A stretch of DNA of 18,787 bases from Octopus sinensis (Eukaryota). The notes beneath the pieces were generated by a model that was not told where the DNA came from, made no database searches, and was given only the letters and a program-made list of their open reading frames with translations. Shown in pieces: positions 9,028 to 17,386 of this stretch. The stretch's first letter is position 1; each line of letters starts with the position of its first letter. Both the position numbers and the translations under genes were made by a program. The stretch covers positions 1-18,787 of the forward strand of contig NW_021824447.1 of assembly GCF_006345805.1 (NCBI RefSeq), written 5' to 3'.

Positions 9028-9502
9028 AAGGAACAATACCAAGACTAGTTCTCGGTAGTCCCTTTTGAGAAGAATTGCAGATTAGGATGGTCGGGCCTGG
9101 GCATCATAAGATTCCTTACGATAAGGAAGCTCCGATTTCAGATCGCCGGAAGATGGAGTTTATGAACGTGAGCAGTACTGCGATCGTCTCTCTAAGGGAA
9201 GGAAATCGCGACAGAAAACCAATCCCATTTCAGGTTTTAAGGGCAGGGCATTGGGATGATCAACACAAGGTTCTAAAAAACTTCTCATTATCGAAACCTC
9301 GGACACTATGAAGAATCCACATCACCTCAAAGAGGCAGTGGTTCTTAGCTAAGAAAGAGAAGTAGTCATGATGCGCTTGAGTGAAGAATTCGCGGAAAAC
9401 CCAAGATCGTCTCGAAAACTATTGAAAAAGAGAGGCAGGTCGGTGGATGGAAATATGGAACCACGTGTAAACCACAATCGACAAGGCAACATTAAGAGGG
9501 AA
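8925..9502 (+). mobile_element. 5' end of an RTE-clade LINE (5'UTR/ORF1 plus decayed start of ORF2), 3'-truncated
   Basis: CpG-rich island. Motif tctctaagggaaggaaatcgcgacagaaaacc (9189-9220) resembles the recalled RTE 5' motif gtctaggagaaggaaaactctgaattcaaacc. From ATG 9368, across frameshifts, it reads MMRLSEE...KLLKKR / VGGWKYGTTCKPQSTRQ / IKRE, aligning with the APE-domain start LLTTR..IGTWNVRTM...T.QIAREM of SR2-like RTEs. Confidence 0.6.
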
Positions 9503-9600
9503 AGAGAGAGAGACAAAGAGAGAGGATGAGAAGGAGAGAGGGACAAGGAGAGAGGGAGAAGGAGAGAGAGTGGTGAGAGATACAGTTTGGAAGAAAGAAG
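9503..9600. repeat. GA-rich low-complexity tract
   Basis: Degenerate (GA)n/(GGAGA) run that terminates the RTE fragment. Confidence 0.85.
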
Positions 9601-9652
9601 AAATATATATTAATATTACGCAGTTTCACTTTATGTCCTTCGTCTCGAAGAT

Positions 9653-9855
9653 ATTCGTTTCGAATTTTGGCATAAGACCAGGAATTTCGGGTTAAGGGTT
9701 ACATCGACTCCAGTGCTCAACTTGTACTTATTTTATCGACCCCGAAATGAGTAAAGGCAAAGCTGACTTCGGTGGAATTTGAATACAGAACGTAAAGTCG
9801 AAGAAATGCCGCTAAGCATTTTGTCTAACGCGGAAACGATTCATTAGTTCACTTC
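9653..9855 (-). mobile_element. Family-1 SINE
   Basis: Minus strand reads aatgcttagcggcatttcttcgactttacgttctgtattcaaattccacc...ggggtcgataaaataagtac. Confidence 0.85.
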
Positions 9856-9887
9856 AAATATATTATTATTATTATTAGACTCAGCAA

Positions 9888-10075
9888 GGCAGAGAAATGA
9901 CAGAAATATCAGCATGACGAACAAAATGCTCAGCGGCATTTCGTCCGTCTTCACGTTCTGAGTTCACATTCCGACGAGGTCGAATTTGTCTTTCATCCTT
10001 TCGCGGGTCGATAAAATTGTGATCGACTTTCTCCCCTTCCCGCAAAACTCCGTTACTTGTGCCTTTACCAATAAC
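9888..10075 (+). mobile_element. Family-1 SINE
   Basis: ggcagagaaatgacagaaat...gttctgagttcacattcc...tctttcatcctttcgcgggtcgataaaa. Confidence 0.85.
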
Positions 10076-10189
10076 AATTTTGAGGATCAGTTCAATTGTT
10101 ACATCGTTAAACTTGACTAGTGATGCTTGGTGTCACTTTTGACAAATAATATGTGTTCTACAATACCAAGTAAGCTTTCAGTTCGTTTT

Positions 10190-10238
10190 ATATATGTATG
10201 TGCGTGTATGTATGTTTGTATGTATGTATGTGTGTGTT

Positions 10239-10336
<98 letters not shown>

Positions 10337-10370
10337 TGTATTATATATATACATAGGATACATATATAGG
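10190..10370. repeat. (TATG)/(TA)n compound microsatellite
   Basis: Direct reading of the sequence. Confidence 0.95.
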
Positions 10371-10449
10371 GTAGCGAATATTCGTTATAAATATCACTAC
10401 CAGTGGCCTAGCATGTATAAATAGTCAATAGACAGCATATTCATATTTC

Positions 10450-10743
10450 AAAATAGTGTACATTTAAACACAAAAGAAAATTACCTTTTAACAGGTTAAT
10501 TTTTACATGCTAGAAGAAGCAGCCAACACGGCCAAAACCACGATTTAATAGCAATTTTCGTAGGAAATGAAAAATAAAAACTTTTACCTTGTTATTTTTA
10601 TAAAAAGGGAAAAGTTTTTATTTTTCATTCCTTCAAAAATTGCTATTAAATCGTGGTTCTAGCCGTGTTGGCTGCTTCTTCTAGCATGTAAAAATTACCT
10701 ATTAAAAGGTAATTTTCTTTTGTATTTAAATGTACACTATTTT
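10450..10743. repeat. 294-bp palindrome (foldback or MITE-like element)
   Basis: Arm 10450-10595 versus the reverse complement of 10600-10743 shows about 10 differences in about 145 nt; loop about 4 nt; no clear TSD. Confidence 0.9.
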
Positions 10744-10899
10744 AATGTATGTATGTATAGAGGCCATCCGGATTCCCGTTTGCGCCGTGAACAGGGAATA
10801 ATCTTCTCTCTTCGATCTTTCACGCCATTTGGTCTCAACTCACCCCCCTTTTCATCTAACCCCCACCCCGACTCCTACTTCTCTTCAGTCCTTCATCTT

Positions 10900-11180
10900 T
10901 TCACCCCTACTCTCTTTCCCTCCTTTCCCTTCTTCCCTCTTCTTCTTTCTTCTTTCTTATTCCCTCTTCCCCCTCTCTCTTTCTCTCTGCTCCCTCACTC
11001 CCTTCTCTTCCCCTCCTCCTCCTCTCCCTCTCCCTCCTCTTCCTCTCCCATCCTCTCCTTCTCCCCTCCCCTTCCCCTTTCTTCTCCTCCTCTCCTTCTT
11101 TCTCCTCCCCTCCTCCTTCTCTTCTTCTCCTTCTCCTCTCCTTCCTTCTCCTCCCCCTCCCCCTCCCCCATACTCTCCCC
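10900..11180. repeat. Polypyrimidine (CT/CCT/CTT) tract
   Basis: About 280 bp almost entirely C/T; explains the P/S/L and G/E/R ORFs. Confidence 0.95.
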
Positions 11181-11418
11181 CACACCACACTACACTACAC
11201 CATACGACATTACACATCACATCATACATACATACACACGTCCAAACCACCAGCCCTCTTCCACATGCACATATATACTCTCTTATGCACACACGCACCT
11301 TCAGGTTGGAGCGAGGTCACTTGACCCTTTTATCTCCCCTACTATCCCTCTAGCGTCTAACGTCTGACCTCTAACGTTTGACCTCCGATCTCTGACTTCT
11401 GAAATCAGAACGCCATGT

Positions 11419-11606
11419 TGAATCGTCAGCCCCTGCATGCAATTTTTTCTCTCCTTGTTTCTTTTCTGTGTATCTTTCTGTTGAAGAGCGTAGGCTCGAA
11501 ACGTAAAAGACTTGTATTATTTCTATTCCTGAGCGCCATACTAATACATTATTTGTTTGTACTCCACCTGCCTTCGTCTTTTGTTTATTTTCATAAACCT
11601 TCTCGT
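11419..11606 (+). mobile_element. Hammerhead-bearing short repeat, copy 1 (Penelope-like terminal repeat or retrozyme-like)
   Basis: Shares gaagagcgtaggctcgaaa, ctgagcg...ctaata and gtcttcgtcttttg blocks with the other two copies; ends at (TA)n. Confidence 0.7.
11473..11510 (+). ncRNA. Minimal type-I hammerhead-like ribozyme with variant core
   Basis: Stem I UCUUU/AAAGA; core CUGUUGA-A; stem II GAGC-guag-GCUC; GAA; palindromic stem III ACGU; predicted cleavage triplet GUA (after 11505). Confidence 0.55.
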
Positions 11607-11677
<71 letters not shown>

Positions 11678-11745
11678 TAATATATATATATACTATATAT
11701 ATATATATATAATATAAATATATATATATATATATACATGTATGT
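11607..11745. repeat. (TA)n microsatellite
   Basis: Separates hammerhead-repeat copies 1 and 2. Confidence 0.95.
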
Positions 11746-11748
11746 ATT

Positions 11749-11922
11749 AATGATTGACCGCTAGCTCCTAAAGTGTTTATTCTCTCTCTGTTTATTTCTC
11801 GAGTTCCTTCTTTTGAAGAGCGTAGGCTCGAAAGGTAAAACACTTTCTCAACTTCTCGATCGTTAAACTTGTTTGTTGTTTGTACACTTGTCATCGTCTT
11901 TTGCTTTTCTGTAAATTTCAAC
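11749..11922 (+). mobile_element. Hammerhead-bearing short repeat, copy 2 (degenerate core)
   Basis: cttttgaa-gagcgtaggctc-gaaaggt-a-aaaca; same downstream tcgtcttttgcttt block; flanked by TA repeats. Confidence 0.65.
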
Positions 11923-11983
11923 TATATATATGTGTGTGTGTGTTGTGTGTGTGTGTGTATGTATGTATCTATGTATCTATCTA

Positions 11984-12014
<31 letters not shown>
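11923..12014. repeat. TG/TCTA/TA compound microsatellite
   Basis: Direct reading of the sequence. Confidence 0.9.
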
Positions 12015-12017
<3 letters not shown>

Positions 12018-12336
12018 ACACCATCTTTCAGTTAAAACCCATTCTGAAAGAGGGTGAGACGACCGATGGCTATGGCGGTAGCGTGATGACAGTGATGGTG
12101 ACGATGGCGACGAACATTATTACCGTACTGATACTTGATCGGCACCTAAATATATGAATAAATAAATAAATGCAGGCGTCACTCGTGGAATTTGAACACT
12201 AATACTTTTGACAATTTGTCGCTTTATTCAGTAGCAATTAATCTAGCTTCGGCCTTTTGGCTTTATTGTAAGTACGTGATGTTTTGCAATGAACATCTTG
12301 TCACATGGCAACAGCAATATACGTCTTAGAAAATAT

Positions 12337-12484
12337 GGATTGCTGGAATCTTTAGGGCGTCAGCTAGAATGTGCTGCAGTATTTTGTCTAGCTCTTAACG
12401 ATCTGTATTCGGTTACTGCATCGGAGATCAACTTAACCTTTTCTGCTTTTGGTGGTTGATAAATAAACACAAGCCAAATACTGG
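12337..12484 (+). mobile_element. Highly degenerate family-1 SINE
   Basis: ggaatctttagggcgtc...gcagtattttgtctagctcttaacg...ggttgataaataaa...aaatactgg is collinear with the family. Confidence 0.5.
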
Positions 12485-12840
12485 CTTAAGACATGGCCGC
12501 CCTCACACACTTCTCATGAGGAATTCCGGAAGGAGCTTCGTGAGACAACTGCAGAGACGTTTCCAGAAAAAAGAATTCCAGTAACCGTTGGAAAACAAAT
12601 TACAGCAGTGACTCGATCAATTCCTAACGATATCTGAAGAAGGAATTTTTGCATTCCGAAATATTATTATATCAGACTATCGATAATTAAATTATAACAG
12701 TTATTATAGTCCACTCTGCATTGGTGTGCCATTCAAAACACGTTAAATTCTTTTTCAGTTTGTCTGTCTGTCTGTCTGTCTTCCTCTCCCTCTCTCTCTC
12801 TCTTTCTCTCTCCCACTGTTATGTACGCTTTTCCCTCTAG

Positions 12841-12910
12841 CAGAAATCAGCTCTGGTGAGACTTTTTAGAGGGATGGTCTCTGACATGTTTAAAATGCCC
12901 AGGCCAAGAG
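12841..12910 (+). other. Possible exon (unverified)
   Basis: Long pyrimidine tract ending ttttccctctag|cag (NAGNAG); donors CTG|gtgaga (12856) and GAG|gtatgt (12911); one open frame QKSALVRLFRGMVSDMFKMPRPR; no recognised homology. Confidence 0.25.
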
Positions 12911-13071
12911 GTATGTTAAAAAGCGCCCTCCACAACGCCGTCAAGAGGTTAAATGTCCCATTCATAATCTTAGAATATATATATTCAAATACAGCTAATA
13001 AACTAGACGTTATGATATGGGTTTCAAATTTTGGCACAAAACCAGTAACTTCAGTCTTGTGCCAGAATTAT

Positions 13072-13287
13072 TAATAATAATAATAATAATAATAATCCCT
13101 TCTACTATAGGCACACGGTTTGGAATTTTGGGGGAAGGATGTAGTCGATTATTGACCGATTGATCGACTGCGAAAGAGATGTAAAACAAAGTCGACCTCG
13201 GCAGAATTTGAACTCAGAACGTTAAGACAGACGAAATACTGCTAAGCATTTTGCTCGGCGTGCTAATAAATCTGCCAGCTCGCCGCC
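13072..13287 (-). mobile_element. Family-1 SINE with (ATT)n tail
   Basis: Minus strand head ggcggcgagctggcaga, B box gagttcaaattc, 3' end ctatagtagaaggg followed by (ATT)n at 13096-13072. Confidence 0.88.
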
Positions 13288-13969
13288 TCAGATTATCGTT
13301 ATAATATCAATGTTGCAGTATTCAAACGCAACCCGGATTAGGGTAAATTTTAACTTGTATTCTTCCGTCGTCGATAAAATAATGTCCAGTGAATCACTTG
13401 TTCCATTGCTTGAAGCGAGGAGACTCTTGTGACAGAGACCCTCATAATAGCCCCAAATTGCCGAGTATCTCTCCTAGCGTAAGAAACCAAGAGAGGCCCC
13501 CTAGAATTAGTGGGATTTTGAATAAAAGGGAGACCGAAACACTTTCACCTACAAGGATAATCTTGAGCCAAAGTAAAAGGAATCAATAATGCAAGACATG
13601 ATAGCTTTGGTTTTAGAATTGGAAATGGTCAGGGAATAAAATAAATCTCATTTATGTTGTTAATTATTCCTGAGGAATGAAAGAAATATGGTCATGTCTT
13701 CGTCTAGAATTAAGCCAAACCTAGTATTGGGGTGAAGTGGGGGGAAGAAAAAATGGTGGATAATAGATGAAGGGTGTCAAGTCTTGTATAATCAGAGACA
13801 ATTATATAGAATGGTTACAATTGGGAGACACTGTTTATTGGAGTTTTAGAGTTAAAGAAATAAATGGTGAGAAAAATTTGTTGGCACCATTTTCAAATCT
13901 CACTGCGCACAAAATTCATATCTTATAAGTGTGCTACAATATATGTGTGTGTGCTTAGGTATATGTATA

Positions 13970-13993
13970 CGTAAATATGTAGGTATGTATATA

Positions 13994-14035
<42 letters not shown>

Positions 14036-14041
14036 GTATGC

Positions 14042-14083
<42 letters not shown>

Positions 14084-14200
14084 ATATGTATATATATTAT
14101 ATATATATATTATGTATGTATGTATGTATGTATGTATGTATGTATGTATGTATGTATGTATGTATGTATATAAATATATATGCATACATATATGAAAATA
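13970..14200. repeat. (TA)n/(TATG)n compound microsatellite
   Basis: Direct reading of the sequence. Confidence 0.95.
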
Positions 14201-14542
14201 TGTATATGGAAAAGATTTGCAAAATTGTCATAACGATCTTATATATTCTGTGCAAGGTTTTATTCTTTAATAACTGATATTGGAGACCGACCATAAAGAA
14301 CAAAACAAAAGCAAAGAAAAAAAAAACAAGAAGCAAATTGCTGCAGCATAACGCCTCCCTTCCTCTTTCTATTTCTCCACATCTCTAAAGGGGACTCGGC
14401 AATTCACTTATAGCCCAAATATTGATCTGAAGTCGAATGTTAGGGAAGTTACTTCCCCTTCTGCAGCTCTCCACTCATCTCGGACTACGCACTAAAAGAT
14501 ATATTCTTACTTTTCTTCCAGTGGAATAAGAAAGATTTATTT

Positions 14543-14690
14543 CATACATACATACACACATACATACGTACACACATACATACATACATACATACATACA
14601 TACATACATACATACATACATACATACATACATACATACATACATACATACGTACGTACATACATATATTATACATATGCATGTATATAT
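14543..14690. repeat. (CATA)n microsatellite
   Basis: About 27 CATA units. Confidence 0.95.
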
Positions 14691-14757
14691 GGTGAATAAC
14701 GAACGTCAAATTCAATAAACCATTTGTCATTCACATTCATATTCGTATTCCTGAATC

Positions 14758-15300
<543 letters not shown>

Positions 15301-15646
15301 CTTTTTAGTGTGGACAAATGGAATTTTATGAGCGAAAAATCACTTGTGCTTCCTAAATCGGAAATCTATTAAGAAATACGCATGGCTTGTTTCAGATACG
15401 ATGTTAATTTAGCGAGTGGTCGGTCAAAAAAGCTTTTGCTTCGAGTTGCTGCGTATATACAACGTGACACGTACATAGCAATGATCAACATGAACCGTAT
15501 TGGAGAGTTTGGGGTTGCTTATGAATATAATGGCGTATGGACGAAGAATTCTGATATGATAAGAGCTGAGATCTGGGTTCCATATTCTCTGGTTTACTCT
15601 TTCAACAAACTATTTATATCTTTATTTCGTATTATTTGCGTGTAGG

Positions 15647-15647
<1 letters not shown>

Positions 15648-15680
<33 letters not shown>

Positions 15681-15735
15681 TACGTACATACACACCCATA
15701 TACATACATACATAAATACATACATACATACGTAG
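15648..15735. repeat. (CATA)n microsatellite
   Basis: Direct reading of the sequence. Confidence 0.9.
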
Positions 15736-15827
15736 ATACATATTTGTCTGTGTGTCTTTCGCCACGTGGTGGTATTAAGTTAGACATAACCTGAGCCAAT
15801 ACTGACCAGAACATATCAAAAGTATCA

Positions 15828-15909
<82 letters not shown>

Positions 15910-15912
15910 GAG

Positions 15913-16010
<98 letters not shown>
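15828..16010. repeat. (TCTA)n-(TA)n-(GA)n-(GATA)n compound, self-complementary
   Basis: The TCTA array and the TAGA array are reverse complements flanking the TA/GA core. Confidence 0.95.
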
Positions 16011-16019
16011 TATAATACA

Positions 16020-16178
16020 AAATGGGACAAGAACGTAAAACATCCGGACAACTAGTGATGCAAAAAGGGACAACAAAACATCCAGATAGACGATACAAAG
16101 AAAATAAGGACGGGTCATTCGAAATTTTCCATCTTCAGTCAAGAACCAGATTATCCTCGCAATTATGGCTGATTATTC
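16020..16178 (-). mobile_element. Possible Penelope-like terminal fragment
   Basis: Internal direct repeat gggacaa...aaaacatcc; minus strand has CTGAAGA-T-GGAAAATTTC-GAA, a hammerhead-core-like motif. Family assignment is only a recalled resemblance. Confidence 0.3.
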
Positions 16179-16199
16179 TTGTGTGTGTGTACCCCCCCA

Positions 16200-16228
16200 C
16201 ATATATATATATATATATTATATATATC

Positions 16229-16299
<71 letters not shown>

Positions 16300-16383
16300 T
16301 ATATATATTACATTAAATTAGAGATAAAACCACTATAGGCAAATCAAACAGTGAAAACCATAAGCCAATACATAAAATTAATT

Positions 16384-16421
<38 letters not shown>

Positions 16422-16426
16422 TATAT
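16200..16426. repeat. (TA)n microsatellites
   Basis: Two TA tracts at 16200-16310 and 16387-16426. Confidence 0.9.
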
Positions 16427-16427
16427 T

Positions 16428-16585
16428 AGGTGTTGGCATGGCTGTGGTAAGAAACTTGCTTTCCAATCAAGCGATCCGGGTTCAGTCCCACTGCGAGGCA
16501 GCTTGAGTAAGTGCCTTCTACTATAGCTTTGGGCCCACCAAACCTTTGTGAGTGGATTTGGTAGACAGAGACTGAAAGAAGCCTC
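16428..16585 (+). mobile_element. tRNA-derived SINE, family 2 (CORE-like domain), 5' half
   Basis: ggcatggctgtggtaag (A box), gggttcagtccc (B box), cttgagtaagtgccttctactatagc; collinear with 16894-17050. Confidence 0.85.
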
Positions 16586-16597
16586 TTGTGTACATAT

Positions 16598-16803
16598 GAA
16601 TGATCGTTAGCTACTACACACATTTTTCTCTCCTTTTTTTCTCTCCTTGTTTTCTCTCCTTGTTTTTTCTGTGTCCCTTTCTGTAGAAGAGCGTAGGCTT
16701 GAAACGTAAAAGACTTTTTCTATCCCTGAGCGTTATACTAATATATCTGTTTGTTTTGTACACCACTTGTCTTCGTCTTTTGCTTTTTTTCGTAAACTCT
16801 CCC
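16598..16803 (+). mobile_element. Hammerhead-bearing short repeat, copy 3, nested in a SINE
   Basis: ccttt-ctgtagaa-gagcgtaggctt-gaaacgt-a-aaaga plus the shared downstream blocks; ends at TA repeat. Confidence 0.7.
16676..16713 (+). ncRNA. Minimal type-I hammerhead-like ribozyme with variant core
   Basis: Stem I CUUU/AAAG; core CUGUAGA-A; stem II GAGC/GCUU (G.U closing pair); GAA-ACGU-A. Confidence 0.5.
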
Positions 16804-16813
16804 TATATATATA

Positions 16814-16874
16814 CGTGTGTGTGTGTGTGTCCCGGAGGGTGACAACGGGTGTTAGTATGTTTACACCTCCGTAA
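16814..16874 (+). mobile_element. Family-2 SINE, displaced 3' portion of the 16428 copy
   Basis: tgacaacgggtgttagtatgtttacacctccgta matches tgacaaccgatgctagtgtgtttacgtccccgtt of the intact copy. Confidence 0.65.
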
Positions 16875-16893
16875 TATATACATACATACATGT

Positions 16894-17304
16894 AGGAGTG
16901 GCTGTGTGGTAAGTAGCTTGCTAACCAACCACACGGTTCCGGGTTCAGTCCCATTGCGTGGCACCTTGGGCAAGTGTCTTCTGCTATAGCCCCGGGCCGA
17001 CCAATGCCTTGTGAGAGGATTTGGTAGACGGAAACTGAAAGAAGCCTGTCGTTATATGTATATATATATGTGTGGTGCGTGTATGTTTGTGTGTCTGTGT
17101 TTGTCCCCCTAGCATTGCTTGACAACCGATGCTAGTGTGTTTACGTCCCCGTTACTTAGCGGTTCGGCAAAAGAGACCGATAGAATAAGTACTGGCTTAC
17201 AAAAGAATAAGTCCCGGGGTCGAGTTGCTCGATTAAAGGCGGTGCTCCAGCATGGCCGCAGTCAAATGACTGAAACAAGTAAAAGAGTAAAAGAGTAAAA
17301 GAGT
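16894..17304 (+). mobile_element. tRNA-derived SINE, family 2, full length (about 410 bp)
   Basis: A box tggctgtgtggtaag, B box ggttcagtccc (16942-52), CORE-like ccttgggcaagtgtctt, central TA/TG tract, 3' end tgactgaaacaagt with (AAAAGAGT)3 tail. Confidence 0.92.
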
Positions 17305-17319
17305 ATATACATATATACT

Positions 17320-17386
<67 letters not shown>
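17305..17386. repeat. (TA)n microsatellite
   Basis: Direct reading of the sequence. Confidence 0.95.

Noticed and set aside
4711-9502. Idea that the RTE 3' and 5' fragments are one element
   Set aside because: The 3' end lies upstream of the 5' end on the same strand, with 4 kb of unrelated sequence between them
11314-11327. AGGTCA-ct-TGACCC inverted nuclear-receptor half-sites
   Set aside because: A single short motif with atypical 2-nt spacing is compatible with chance
12490-12650. Frame TWPPSHTSHEEFRKELRE... with a faint mariner-like look
   Set aside because: No DD34D or YSPDL motif and no TIRs recognisable
13389-13589. 66-aa ORF in unique, moderately GC-rich sequence
   Set aside because: No homology recognised; length is within chance expectation
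15382-15645. 87-aa non-repetitive ORF MACFRYDVNLASGRSKK... with upstream tttcag
   Set aside because: No domain recognised and no good donor site; a few ORFs of this length are expected by chance. A BLASTP or RNA-seq check would settle it.
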